Of a stretch of 62,753 nucleotides of DNA, positions 7,892 through 17,729 are shown piece after piece. The notes beneath the pieces were generated by a model. The model was not told the origin of the DNA. It was given only the letters and a program-made list of their open reading frames with translations, and searched no databases. Each line of letters opens with the position of its first letter. The first letter of the stretch is position 1. Where the stretch lies: IMG/VR virus record IMGVR_UViG_3300031758_000014; one strand, given 5' to 3'. A program made the translations under genes and the position numbers. This stretch comes from an uncultured virus (IMG/VR IMGVR_UViG_3300031758_000014) (taxonomy: Duplodnaviria > Heunggongvirae > Uroviricota > Caudoviricetes).

Positions 7892-8505
7892 ATTTTTGGT
7901 GTTAATTTTCTAAAGTCTGTTAGTACGTTATTATGTAATTGCTTAAATTCATTTTCTAATTCTTCCCAAGTCCAAATTTTACTCTTTATCTTATCCCAAA
8001 TAAAGTTAGCACAAGTAAAATCATTTATTTTACCAGTTTCAACTATTTGTGAAGAAAACATTGGTATTCTTAAAGAGTGATATAAAGATTTAACACCAAT
8101 GTTGTATTCATCAGCAACTGTTAACTTCTTTTTACACTTTACCCAACTATTTGAACTAACATGAGAAGTAGCGTGTCTTAATTTTTTTAAATCTAATTTT
8201 AGATCAAACTTCATATCTTCTTTCAACTTGGCCCAATCTGGAGCAAAATAACATTCTAAGTTTTTTGGCATATGCCAGTCTAAGTCGGCTTTAAACTTAT
8301 CAGGAGTGTAAATATGAATGTTATATAAATCAGTTTTAATTTCAATTGATTCAACTGAGTTCTTACCAACAATAACAACATCCCAATCAGAATTATCTGA
8401 ATGAGTGCCGTAAATTCTACTACCAAATATTATCACATTTAATATTCGAGATTGATGTAAACCAGAAGCTTCTATAATATCATTCAAAATTTTATTCTCA
8501 TCCAT
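7888..8505 (-). CDS. Pol-beta superfamily nucleotidyltransferase
   Basis: FGSRIYGTHSDNSDWDVV (GS...DxD). Confidence 0.8.
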   Translation of the reverse strand: MDENKILNDIIEASGLHQSRILNVIIFGSRIYGTHSDNSDWDVVIVGKNSVESIEIKTDLYNIHIYTPDKFKADLDWHMPKNLECYFAPDWAKLKEDMKFDLKLDLKKLRHATSHVSSNSWVKCKKKLTVADEYNIGVKSLYHSLRIPMFSSQIVETGKINDFTCANFIWDKIKSKIWTWEELENEFKQLHNNVLTDFRKLTPKI

Positions 8506-8571
8506 ATAACAAATATATTAAAAATATTTAATATATATTATTTTGGCTTTAGATTTTTTATATATAATAAC

Positions 8572-9366
8572 ATGAAATATACAATTAATGATACTAAATT
8601 TTTCCCAAAAACAAATGGGGTATATAAAATATCTTTCACCAACTCAATTAATGGAAAAGTTTATATAGGGAGTGCTTCTGGTGGATATGGATTTTATACT
8701 AGATGGAAATCACATATTTCAAGTTTAAAAAATAAAAAATCAGGAAATACAATATTGCAACTAGCAACAAATAAATATGATTTAAGTAATATTATATTTG
8801 AAGTTTTGGAATTTTGTGAAAAGGATGATTGTCTAAATAGAGAACAGTTCTATATAGATAAATATAACTCTTATAATTATGGGTATAATGGAAGACCAAA
8901 ATCATCAAATAATGGTTGCTTACCAATGAAAAAAGTAACAAAAGATAAAATATCAGATAAATGGAAAATAAAACGAGATTTTTATGTGGGTGAAGTTAGA
9001 AGATTGTATATTAATGAGAATAAAAATACTAGGGAAATATCAGATATTTTGAATATAAGTAGAACTTTTATTCAAAAAATATTCAAAGAGAATGAAATAG
9101 AACCTAGAAAAAATTTTGGTCTCCAAAAGGTAAGATTTTACCAATATAAAGACGGAATTTTAATAAAAGAATGGGATTCGATAAATGATTGTGTGATTAG
9201 AAATTCATTCAATTCTAATGGTATTAGAATTGTTTTAAATGGTCAATGTTTTTTTTACAAAAACTTTCATTTTAATTATTTAAAACTAGATGTAGATGAG
9301 ATAAATAAATTAGAAAATGAATTTAAAATTAAATCAAAATGTAGAAAATATTATTATATTAACTAG
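8572..9366 (+). CDS. GIY-YIG homing endonuclease
   Basis: GVYKI...VYIGSA, R..H, REQFYID, YGYN. Confidence 0.85.
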   Translation: MKYTINDTKFFPKTNGVYKISFTNSINGKVYIGSASGGYGFYTRWKSHISSLKNKKSGNTILQLATNKYDLSNIIFEVLEFCEKDDCLNREQFYIDKYNSYNYGYNGRPKSSNNGCLPMKKVTKDKISDKWKIKRDFYVGEVRRLYINENKNTREISDILNISRTFIQKIFKENEIEPRKNFGLQKVRFYQYKDGILIKEWDSINDCVIRNSFNSNGIRIVLNGQCFFYKNFHFNYLKLDVDEINKLENEFKIKSKCRKYYYIN

Positions 9367-9611
9367 TCATTCCCATCTAATAATTTATTTAATTTAATAT
9401 CTCTCATAATACTTGGATCTAAACTTTCTAAAATACCTTCTACACAATCTTGACAGATTATCATAACATGATTCTCCAATGTTCTTATACTAGCACATCT
9501 TACATTGTAAGAATCACAACCATCGCATATTTTGTTTTCTTCAACAAACATTAGTGATGCCTTTTCAACTCTGGGTCTATCAATAAACTTATCTAAGTGT
9601 ATTTTTCTCAT
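9363..9611 (-). CDS. Zn-finger hypothetical protein with C-terminal tag (RDIKLNKLL)
   Basis: Two CxxC pairs; shared motif. Confidence 0.7.
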   Translation of the reverse strand: MRKIHLDKFIDRPRVEKASLMFVEENKICDGCDSYNVRCASIRTLENHVMIICQDCVEGILESLDPSIMRDIKLNKLLDGND

Positions 9612-9937
9612 TAGTCTAATAAATTATTTAACTTCAACTCTCTTATAATTCTTAAATCAAAAATTAAGGTCTCATAAGTTGAATATTTATAAGTTTTACC
9701 ACCATCATAAGAATAAGTATCATACTCTTTGTTATATTTAACAAGTGTATAGTCTAATGGTTTCAATAACTTAAGCTTATAAAAACTACCATCACCTGGT
9801 ATGTATATTACTTGAAAAGCATAGACACCATTATTTACTCTTCCTTCAATGTCATCTAATATTTCATCGCTATATACTATACTACCCTTGATGAAAAAAT
9901 TAGTAATTGTATCTCTTATGTAACTTTTTAGTGTCAT
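9611..9937 (-). CDS. hypothetical protein with C-terminal tag (RELKLNNLL)
   Basis: ORF track; shared motif. Confidence 0.7.
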   Translation of the reverse strand: MTLKSYIRDTITNFFIKGSIVYSDEILDDIEGRVNNGVYAFQVIYIPGDGSFYKLKLLKPLDYTLVKYNKEYDTYSYDGGKTYKYSTYETLIFDLRIIRELKLNNLLD

Positions 9938-9961
9938 TTTATTTTATTTTATTTTACAAAG

Positions 9962-9996
9962 ATAAAAAAACCTCAGATAAATCCGAGGTTTTTTTA
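9962..9996. terminator. intrinsic terminator
   Basis: AAAAAAACCTC..GAGGTTTTTTT hairpin. Confidence 0.75.
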
Positions 9997-10461
9997 TTAA
10001 TTTAATTTTTCAAAAAAATCATCATCAGTATCATTTTTAACTGTTGATTTTTTTATTGGTCTTTTACGAATCTTCTTTTTTGTGGAGAGTTGCTTTTCAA
10101 TAGCTGATGTTTCATTTTTTTCAACTTCTTTCTCTTCAACTTTTTCAGAAGCCCAAAACTTTTTTAGTTGTGCTGATAAGCTATGAATTTCTTCAATAGT
10201 TAGATTAGCTTTCTTAGAGTTAATTTCAACTGTACAAGCAACAACGTTACCTTCGATATATCCTTTTTTTGGATCTACTCTATCAATTGAAAAGATATTT
10301 GTTGTGTCATTAAATTCAACATTAGTGTAGTAACATCGGGTATAACTCATTAATCTTTTTGTTGTCTCAAAAGTTAGGTTATACTCTAAATTTCTAGATG
10401 TTGCACTTTGTTGAAGGTTTATCATCTTTCTAGCAACTTCAATATCTTCTATTTTTCTCAT
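9997..10461 (-). CDS. His-Me/HNH-like nuclease domain protein
   Basis: CYYT...SIDRVDPKKGYIEGNVVACT..NSKK. Confidence 0.65.
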   Translation of the reverse strand: MRKIEDIEVARKMINLQQSATSRNLEYNLTFETTKRLMSYTRCYYTNVEFNDTTNIFSIDRVDPKKGYIEGNVVACTVEINSKKANLTIEEIHSLSAQLKKFWASEKVEEKEVEKNETSAIEKQLSTKKKIRKRPIKKSTVKNDTDDDFFEKLN

Positions 10462-10483
10462 TAATTATTTTTATTTTTTGGAA

Positions 10484-10876
10484 CTATTTTATACCAAGTT
10501 CATCCAACCTATTATCTCTAACAAAAGATTTATCAGTTTCTTTAATATGGTTCCAAACCATTTTTAAAGAAAGATCGGCTGCTTGTTTTTCCATCTTTTT
10601 TTCGGACTTTTTAGTAAGTCTTTGTAATCTAGAATAAACACCAAAGTAAGGAAAATATAATTCTAATTTTGTAAAACCAATTTCAAATAATGAAATTTTA
10701 TAATTTCTAACTCGTATCATATCATCTTCAATAAAATCAATTTTACTTGAGTGATATGTAATTGATTGTCTACCAAGCGATCGTGTTTTTTTACTACTCC
10801 AATCCAAATTAGAATCAGAAAGTACGCTATAAACGTACTTTCTGATATTTTTCCCAACATTTTCCATTTTAGTCAT
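10484..10876 (-). CDS. hypothetical protein with C-terminal tag (RDNRLDELG)
   Basis: ORF track; shared motif. Confidence 0.65.
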   Translation of the reverse strand: MTKMENVGKNIRKYVYSVLSDSNLDWSSKKTRSLGRQSITYHSSKIDFIEDDMIRVRNYKISLFEIGFTKLELYFPYFGVYSRLQRLTKKSEKKMEKQAADLSLKMVWNHIKETDKSFVRDNRLDELGIK

Positions 10877-13160
10877 TTCTTAAAATATCATCTAATCTTG
10901 CGTCTCTCAACTCAGATATAAGATTATTCAAATCGTGTTTTTCGATCAACTTTATATTTATATCTTCATTAGTAACTAAGTTTATAATTACTCCTTGTGA
11001 ATCTTCTACTTGATGTAAGATATAATCTCCAAAGTCAAAGTTAGTTGATAATGTATCATCTTCTAATTGAGCTGCTACTTTAATTTCACCTTTGAAACCA
11101 GTTACTAAAACAGCTTCAACACCCATATCACCTTCAGCCTCAAATTCTTTAATCCACTTTTGATATGTTTTAAGTGACATAAATGATACGTGACCTTCAG
11201 TTTCAAAAGAAGAACCCCAATTTGATAATTTTACTGGTTCCCCATTTAGTTGAAGATCTGCTGAATAGTAATCATCAGTGATTTCAATATCTCTACCATT
11301 ATAATCGGCTCCTAAGATTACAAAGTTAGTAGGAGTATCATATGTTTCATATGTTTTATAATCACCCTCTACACTCTTATTCACATTAGATTTGACTCTA
11401 CATGTTAATGGAGTAATGTCATGATCCTCAATTAAATTAACTTTTTGACCCTCTGGGATATTCAACAAGATTTGACGAATTCCTGGTTTATTCTGAATAT
11501 ACTCTTCTTTTAAGATAGAACTATCAGTAATCCAACCATCTTTCCCTTTAATACCAATCTCTAATTTACCAGTGAAGTTTGGTAAGAATAGTGCTTCATA
11601 TACACCAGATAAGAAATCAACTTCATCTTTATCTAAACTTGAGATAAATGATACATATTCTTCTAACGTGATAACTGAGATAGAACCAGCAGTTTCGATT
11701 TCAGTAAACGCTTTCATCTTTTTACCACCACGTCTAATATCAAGAGTAGCAAGTCCATCGTTTATTGATAAGGCTTCTTTAAACTCTTTATCTTCGTGTG
11801 AAGAAGTACCTAAAACAACTAAGTTTGTTGGTGTTAAATACTCATTTAAAGTGATAAATGATTTTTCAGATTTAGTCTTACTTTCAACTTCATTAGTAGA
11901 AACTTCAACAACGTCATTGAAATCTTCATCTGTAACATCAGTGGTATCAGTGACAATTGTAAACTCTTCTTCTTTTTGCTCATAAGAGTTAGAACCAGTT
12001 AGTTTATCAAACTCAACGTTTTGTTCAAAACCTTTTCTAATCATCTTATCAGTAAGTTGATGCCAATTTAATTTACCTCTATATTGAATAACTTGGCGAC
12101 CATCTACCTCTGATGGTTCAAATTTACCGACCGGATCAATTAATTTGATTTTATTTAAAATCTCAATAGTAAGTTCAACTTTATTAAAGTCATTCTTATC
12201 ACCAAAGTAGATATTATAGTAACCACCAGTCAAGTAATCAAAAAGTACATCTTTTTTCAACTTCATGATATCTGCTATTCTATCAACAATCTCACGATTG
12301 GATTCATCTAATCCAGTTTCTAACTTTAATTCCTCAGAAACTCGGAATACATAACCATTTGGTTCTTCAGTTGGTTTTAAAGTTTCTAAACGTGTTTCTA
12401 AAACTTCCAACTGTTCCGTAGATTCTTTTAACTTAGCCTCAGCTTGTTTAACTTCAGATTTGTACTTAGCGATATCTTTGTGTTTCTCAACAACTCTATC
12501 TTCTAACTCAACGATTTTTCTTTCGTTCATTTTACGAAATTGCTCTTCCATATAACTTTCATTCGCTGATTTAAGAGCTTCGTTTGGAGCTGGTGGATTT
12601 TGTACCGTTTCTAAAATGATTTCAACATCTTTTTCAGATAGTTCTAAATTTTCTTCAACCAAATCATTATCATCATCAGAAAATAACATATCTAAAATAG
12701 ATAAACCTTTCTCAGATACTTCTACTTTTTCTTCTTCTTGATCAAATAATGATGCTAAAACATTGATAGGTTTCTCATGTTCAACTTCTAAGAAACATGG
12801 ATTACCATCAATATCAGTAAATCTCAAACCACTAACTACGAATTTTTGAGCATAACCAGTAACATCTGTTGCATCAATATCAGCGATCAATCGCTTAATC
12901 ATATCATCATCAGTAAGATTTGTTCCTTTTTGCTCTTCAAAATTGATTGTACCTTCATCACAAATAGTTACTTTAAAGATAACATTGTCTAAAAGACCTG
13001 ATAGTTTACCACCATCAATGAAAGCAACGTCTCTAATAAAACGCACTCTCGCTCCATTTACAGATGATACAAAGTTTAAAAATTTTCTTTTTGGTTTAAA
13101 CTTACCGATAATTGGTTCAGTTTTTACTTCTTCTAATGAATTGTTTTCTAATTCGCTCAT
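10869..13160 (-). CDS. large acidic coiled-coil protein with a duplicated C-terminal domain and C-terminal tag (RDARLDDIL)
   Basis: 763 aa ORF; TPTN.V.LG...ETxG...LIE.HD repeated twice. Confidence 0.75.
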   Translation of the reverse strand: MSELENNSLEEVKTEPIIGKFKPKRKFLNFVSSVNGARVRFIRDVAFIDGGKLSGLLDNVIFKVTICDEGTINFEEQKGTNLTDDDMIKRLIADIDATDVTGYAQKFVVSGLRFTDIDGNPCFLEVEHEKPINVLASLFDQEEEKVEVSEKGLSILDMLFSDDDNDLVEENLELSEKDVEIILETVQNPPAPNEALKSANESYMEEQFRKMNERKIVELEDRVVEKHKDIAKYKSEVKQAEAKLKESTEQLEVLETRLETLKPTEEPNGYVFRVSEELKLETGLDESNREIVDRIADIMKLKKDVLFDYLTGGYYNIYFGDKNDFNKVELTIEILNKIKLIDPVGKFEPSEVDGRQVIQYRGKLNWHQLTDKMIRKGFEQNVEFDKLTGSNSYEQKEEEFTIVTDTTDVTDEDFNDVVEVSTNEVESKTKSEKSFITLNEYLTPTNLVVLGTSSHEDKEFKEALSINDGLATLDIRRGGKKMKAFTEIETAGSISVITLEEYVSFISSLDKDEVDFLSGVYEALFLPNFTGKLEIGIKGKDGWITDSSILKEEYIQNKPGIRQILLNIPEGQKVNLIEDHDITPLTCRVKSNVNKSVEGDYKTYETYDTPTNFVILGADYNGRDIEITDDYYSADLQLNGEPVKLSNWGSSFETEGHVSFMSLKTYQKWIKEFEAEGDMGVEAVLVTGFKGEIKVAAQLEDDTLSTNFDFGDYILHQVEDSQGVIINLVTNEDINIKLIEKHDLNNLISELRDARLDDILRND

Positions 13161-13226
13161 ATTAATTTACAGTTTTAATTATACAAATATACTAAATTTA
13201 TTTTAATCATGTAACATCATGATATA

Positions 13227-13592
13227 TTATATACCTAAATTATTTAATTTTTTTTCTCTTAATAACATTTTAAGATATTCATCTGTTGGTTTAAAATGAA
13301 TTGGGTGTGCTGTTATTTTTTCCTTTACAAATCCTCCTCCATATGAAATAAACTTATGTAGTATTAAGTTGTAGAATTCACCAACAAGTTTTTCATAACC
13401 AATTACTTCAAATTTAATATCTTCATATCTTTTGAAATAGATATTGTATTTCACACATTTCATTCCAATTGGATACCACTTTTGTAGTATTTCTAATTGT
13501 AGGTCTATCGAGGTATGATTAAATCTCAAAGCGTTTTCCTTTGAATAAGTATAGTTCCAATTATTCAACGCCTTTTTTCCGTATGTGCTCAT
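13227..13592 (-). CDS. hypothetical protein with C-terminal tag (REKKLNNLG)
   Basis: ORF track; shared motif. Confidence 0.7.
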   Translation of the reverse strand: MSTYGKKALNNWNYTYSKENALRFNHTSIDLQLEILQKWYPIGMKCVKYNIYFKRYEDIKFEVIGYEKLVGEFYNLILHKFISYGGGFVKEKITAHPIHFKPTDEYLKMLLREKKLNNLGI

Positions 13593-13956
13593 ATTCTTCT
13601 GTTATAAATGAATAGGGGTACCATTTTATTATAGACATCATAAAGTCTTCAGCTTCGTCTCTATCTATGAAACTACCAACTTTTAATTTCCAATAAGGTC
13701 TGTCAAAATAAATAATAGATTCCATATCTGGGTGGTACGTATCAAATTGTTCCTTTTTTTTAAGTATTATATCTTTTTTATTTACTTCAAAATAAAGTTG
13801 AATTTTATAAATTTTTTGAGGTTGATTAGATTTTCTATTGATTAAAGAATCTATTTTTTTAGACATAGTTATACTTATACCACCATGATACTTAGTTGTA
13901 TCTTGTGAGTAAATAATATTTGTTAATAATAAAAGTATAACTAATAAAAATCGCAT
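13561..13956 (-). CDS. secreted SPOR-domain (peptidoglycan-binding) protein
   Basis: Signal peptide; YKIQL...PYWKLKVGSF.DR.EA. Confidence 0.7.
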   Translation of the reverse strand: MRFLLVILLLLTNIIYSQDTTKYHGGISITMSKKIDSLINRKSNQPQKIYKIQLYFEVNKKDIILKKKEQFDTYHPDMESIIYFDRPYWKLKVGSFIDRDEAEDFMMSIIKWYPYSFITEEYEHIRKKGVE

Positions 13957-13981
13957 ATGATATTTTTTACAAATATAAAAA

Positions 13982-14389
13982 TTATTCTAAAATAGAACTA
14001 ATTTTTTCATCTCTATTTTCTTCAAGTGGTTTTATTTCATTAAATAAAACAAGACGTAATTTACTATCCGGTAATGGACTCAATGATATATTAACTGTAC
14101 TACCAGAAGATGATGTATAAAATGATGGTGGTGTATTACTATTAATTTCAATCATTTTAAAATATTCATAATTAAAGGGAATAGTATTTGATGATAGAGT
14201 ATCTATCGTATAAAAAGAAAATGTTTTATTCTTATTTGAATACTCTTGTTCCAAGGGAAGTTCATATACAATATGAAATGAAAAGTTAATTATATAAACA
14301 TCTAATAATTTAGAATATGGTTCTACTTGAAATGAATAATAATCTGTATATTCATTAAATGTAACTGATTGGATTTTTATTTTTTTCAT
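13982..14389 (-). CDS. hypothetical protein with C-terminal tag (RDEKISSIL)
   Basis: ORF track; shared motif. Confidence 0.65.
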   Translation of the reverse strand: MKKIKIQSVTFNEYTDYYSFQVEPYSKLLDVYIINFSFHIVYELPLEQEYSNKNKTFSFYTIDTLSSNTIPFNYEYFKMIEINSNTPPSFYTSSSGSTVNISLSPLPDSKLRLVLFNEIKPLEENRDEKISSILE

Positions 14390-14904
14390 AATTTATTTTT
14401 TATCTCATTGATAATAAAACTAATACTTTCTTTAGTAGATGGAACTTCAACAAAATCAATATTATGTTTTAACATAAAATCTTTTATTTCTTTATCCTTT
14501 TCAATAGCCTCTTCTAAAGTTTGCATTCTACCATTTGGATTATAATCTCCTACTCTTGTTAAAAAAAAGTTAAGATTATCAAACTTATTATACTCCGAAA
14601 TAACCAATTCTTTTAAGTATCTAGTTCTATCAGCATCATAAACACAACCCATTGGTATAGGTGAGTCTGTTATAACAACTTGAACTTTACCATCTAAGTT
14701 AAAATGTTTTGAGTATTGTTTACCAAATAAATAGATTTGATTGTTTAGTTTAGTATAAGACTCTTCCCATACAATCTGTTTGGCGTATTCTGAAACCAAT
14801 TCACAATCAATTTTATTCCATTTTAATTCAGCGAATATAGATGCAGCCATTGTACTTTTACCAGTTCCGGGACCAGCCCATAAATTTATATGTATAGTTT
14901 TCAT
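14386..14904 (-). CDS. NadR-like P-loop kinase/ATPase
   Basis: GPGTGKST; EYAK; ITDSP; GRMQT. Confidence 0.8.
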   Translation of the reverse strand: MKTIHINLWAGPGTGKSTMAASIFAELKWNKIDCELVSEYAKQIVWEESYTKLNNQIYLFGKQYSKHFNLDGKVQVVITDSPIPMGCVYDADRTRYLKELVISEYNKFDNLNFFLTRVGDYNPNGRMQTLEEAIEKDKEIKDFMLKHNIDFVEVPSTKESISFIINEIKNKL

Positions 14905-14938
14905 ATAAATTATAAAGCTATTTATTTAAAAAGTTTAG

Positions 14939-15027
14939 TCTAAGTGATGGGACTCGAACCCACATAGAACTTTTACATTCATTCCTGATCCCAAATCAGG
15001 TCGGCGACCAATTGCCTACACACCTAG
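14939..15027 (-). tRNA. tRNA-Pro(TGG) with long variable region
   Basis: CCTGA TT TGG GA TCAGG; about 20-nt variable region. Confidence 0.8.
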
Positions 15028-15090
15028 TTGTTGGAATTATTTTACTCTATTCCCAAAGAGTACCTTTTACCGCCAAACAGTTACTTTGTG

Positions 15091-15162
15091 CGGTCTATGA
15101 GGGAATCGAACCCTCACCATCTGATAGACAGTCAGATATCCTAACCATTGGACCAATAGACC
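15091..15162 (-). tRNA. tRNA-Asp(GTC)
   Basis: TCTGA CT GTC TA TCAGA; G73. Confidence 0.9.
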
Positions 15163-15169
15163 TTATTTG

Positions 15170-15244
15170 TAGGGTAGACCGGACTCGAACCGACACTATG
15201 TCCTCATCCCAAATGAGGCGGCCTACCAATTGGCCAACTACCCT
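15170..15244 (-). tRNA. tRNA-Pro(TGG)
   Basis: CCTCA TT TGG GA TGAGG. Confidence 0.88.
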
Positions 15245-15290
15245 ATAATGTGAATTATTTTTACTCTATTCACAAAGAGATTATATTTTG

Positions 15291-15362
15291 TTGTGAAGAT
15301 AGGACTCGAACCTATATTTTTCATCTTCAAAGGATGATGTCCTGCCATTAGACGACTTCACA
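15291..15362 (-). tRNA. tRNA-Gln(TTG)
   Basis: U1:A72; TCATC CT TTG AA GATGA. Confidence 0.9.
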
Positions 15363-15365
15363 ATT

Positions 15366-16010
15366 TTAATTTAATTCATTTTCATATATTTTTATCCATT
15401 TTCTTATAGCATTATCACTAACACCATATTTTCTACCAGTTGAAGAGTATCCATTTTTTATAATTTCTGCCTTTAAAACTTCATAACTCGGTCTTTCCAC
15501 TTTTCTACGACTTAATCTAACTTTACTTTTCTTTTTTATATCTTTTTTTCTACTAATATTTTTACCACAATGAGTTTCTAGTCCAGCATTACAGTTAGGA
15601 CAAACTATTCTCAAATTTTCTAATCTATTATCATTATATACACCATTTATATGGTCTAAAATTAGAGAGATTTTCATACCATTCCAATTTTCATCCTGAC
15701 CACAAATCTCACATACTCTATTTTTAAGACCATCTTCATATAATCTATTTTTTAAGTGTGTTCTTGAATAGGTTGAATTTTCCACCAAAACTAAGGATAG
15801 ATCAATTTTACTATTTCTCATCTTATTTACCATAACCTCCCATTTCTGAGTGAAGTGAGAAGTGTCAATGTTGTATATTTCTAAATACTTTTTTATTGTC
15901 TTAAAATTACCACCAGCACTTCTTAGTCCAATGTTTTCAAGAGCTTCTTTTAAGCTATTAGATTTTTTTACTATTTCTTCTAATAAATCTTTTTCCCATT
16001 TTATTTTCAT
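15366..16010 (-). CDS. HNH endonuclease with C-terminal HTH
   Basis: CEICG..LDHING..DNRLENLRIVCPNC; GVSDNAIRKW. Confidence 0.85.
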   Translation of the reverse strand: MKIKWEKDLLEEIVKKSNSLKEALENIGLRSAGGNFKTIKKYLEIYNIDTSHFTQKWEVMVNKMRNSKIDLSLVLVENSTYSRTHLKNRLYEDGLKNRVCEICGQDENWNGMKISLILDHINGVYNDNRLENLRIVCPNCNAGLETHCGKNISRKKDIKKKSKVRLSRRKVERPSYEVLKAEIIKNGYSSTGRKYGVSDNAIRKWIKIYENELN

Positions 16011-16086
16011 ATGTATTTTTATTTTTATATATTAAAATCCGAACTTAAAAAAATACTAAAAATTAGGTTCGAGTTGAGTATAAAAT

Positions 16087-16120
16087 AAAAAAACCCAGTT
16101 AATCTTTGACTAACCGGGTT
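16087..16120 (-). terminator. attenuator terminator of tRNA cluster B
   Basis: AACCCGGUUAGUC/GAUUAACUGGGUU hairpin (G:U pairs form only on the minus strand) plus U-run. Confidence 0.88.
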
Positions 16121-16142
16121 CATATCATTTAAAGTTTTTTAT

Positions 16143-16244
16143 TTAACTTTTAGACAATAGAGCGTTAGTCCCAAATACTTTAGGTTGATCCTGATCTTGG
16201 ATTTGCGGGTTAACTACTGCGATATTTACGTTAAAAGTTTTCAT
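16143..16244 (-). CDS. leader peptide B: MKTFNVNIAVVNPQIQDQDQPKVFGTNALLSKS
   Basis: Manual translation; PQIQDQDQP core matches Gln/Pro/Asp/Pro tRNAs; GACTAAC antiterminator. Confidence 0.88.
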   Translation of the reverse strand: MKTFNVNIAVVNPQIQDQDQPKVFGTNALLSKS

Positions 16245-16295
16245 AATAATAATGTATATATAAAGTTTTTATTCTCTCTTTTTAATTTTATGATA

Positions 16296-16327
16296 CAAAG
16301 ATATAAAAGTTTTTAATATCTACCAAA
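16296..16327 (-). promoter_or_regulatory. Bacteroidota-type sigma-A promoter of cluster B
   Basis: TTTG-N20-TAtcTTTG. Confidence 0.8.
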
Positions 16328-17060
16328 TTTTTTTAAAATTATTTTTATTTTTTATTGAATTTTCAAAATCTATAAGATTTGAATCATCATTATATAAGTG
16401 ATCATCATCGTTTATGTTATGCTTATATGTATCTTCATATTTATCAATAAATCTAAGATCGTTTTTAGTTAATTTAATTCCGTGTTCAAAAGCATTGAAA
16501 AAATTAACTAAGTTTTCTATTGATTCATCTGTAAATCCCCAATGTGTATCACCATCATATTTTGATCCTATACCATTATAATGAATAATATTTATTTTAT
16601 TTGGAGTTTCGATTGAAAATTCTGAAATAACTTGATCTCCATATGTTATATCAACTAGTAGTTTTATTCCTCTTGTATTCTTAACAAAATGTATATCAAA
16701 TTCTAATAAGTCTGGCTCACCATTTATAATCTCACCATTTTTTGGCTTCATATTATCTCTATAATAATTAAATTGTACTAAATTATTATCAATTGTACAG
16801 TCATTTTTATCAAAAGTATATTCATTATTTGAATTTAGATCGGAGATTGATAGATTTTTGTTTATTCTTTTTAAATTTTGATGTGATAGAATTGTTAATC
16901 TATCTGGTAATAATTTTTCAAACCAATCTTGTTGAAAAATTGAAATTTTTCCATTTTTATTTATATTATCTCCTTTGTGTGGAAGATTTTTAAATCTAAA
17001 ATCTTTACTATCACCATCAATTTTAACTATATTTTCGTTAAACTTTCTCAAATATTTCAT
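16320..17060 (-). CDS. hypothetical protein with N-terminal MKYLRKFNE motif
   Basis: ORF track; TAATATATA upstream. Confidence 0.7.
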   Translation of the reverse strand: MKYLRKFNENIVKIDGDSKDFRFKNLPHKGDNINKNGKISIFQQDWFEKLLPDRLTILSHQNLKRINKNLSISDLNSNNEYTFDKNDCTIDNNLVQFNYYRDNMKPKNGEIINGEPDLLEFDIHFVKNTRGIKLLVDITYGDQVISEFSIETPNKINIIHYNGIGSKYDGDTHWGFTDESIENLVNFFNAFEHGIKLTKNDLRFIDKYEDTYKHNINDDDHLYNDDSNLIDFENSIKNKNNFKKIW

Positions 17061-17091
17061 ATATTTATATATTAAATATAAAATTCTTTTT

Positions 17092-17700
17092 ATGAATAAA
17101 TTATTATACTACTTTTTATACACTTTTAACTTCTTAAAATATAACTTTATTAAATTGTTATGTTTAATTAGTATCATACTATGTACTTTTTACTTAAAAG
17201 ACTATCAAAGAGCGGATACTATCGAGAAGACTGATATTGTTGCTCAAATGGAAATTGAAGGATATTACATATATACCTATAAAGAGATTAAAGAAAATAA
17301 TGTTGAATTTAATAACTTAACTTATGAAACTCCACAAAAAGTAGTCAATAATCAATTAATTACTAAATCATATAGTGGATATAATATTGCTGTTTGGGTC
17401 TTATTTATATCATCAGTTATAACATTCCTTTTGGTAGGTTTTTTAAATTATTGGTTTGATTTACATGGTGTTTTTGAGAAGACTGCTTTTCGTTTTATAA
17501 AAATGGATTTTGAAGATGGTTTTTATCATTATACACTATTTACTAGATTATTAAAAAAGAGTGATACTAAATTACAAATTAGAGAAGTTAGACATCTACT
17601 ATATAACTATTCTAATTTAAGAGAAACTAAATGGGAGCCAATCTTTATTTCCAAGGAAGAAATGAGAGAAAAAAAGTTAAATACTTTGTTTGATAAATAA
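17092..17700 (+). CDS. membrane protein with C-terminal tag (REKKLNTLF)
   Basis: Two hydrophobic segments; start reassigned to MNKLLY. Confidence 0.65.
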   Translation: MNKLLYYFLYTFNFLKYNFIKLLCLISIILCTFYLKDYQRADTIEKTDIVAQMEIEGYYIYTYKEIKENNVEFNNLTYETPQKVVNNQLITKSYSGYNIAVWVLFISSVITFLLVGFLNYWFDLHGVFEKTAFRFIKMDFEDGFYHYTLFTRLLKKSDTKLQIREVRHLLYNYSNLRETKWEPIFISKEEMREKKLNTLFDK

Positions 17701-17729
17701 TATTTTTTATCTTTATCAAAAATACTCTT

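Larger units (their letters stand above)
15034..15279 (-). repeat. 27/28-nt direct repeat (15034-15060, 15252-15279) just 5' of both tRNA-Pro genes
   Basis: gaattatttt(t)actctattc(c/a)caaagag occurs twice. Confidence 0.8.
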
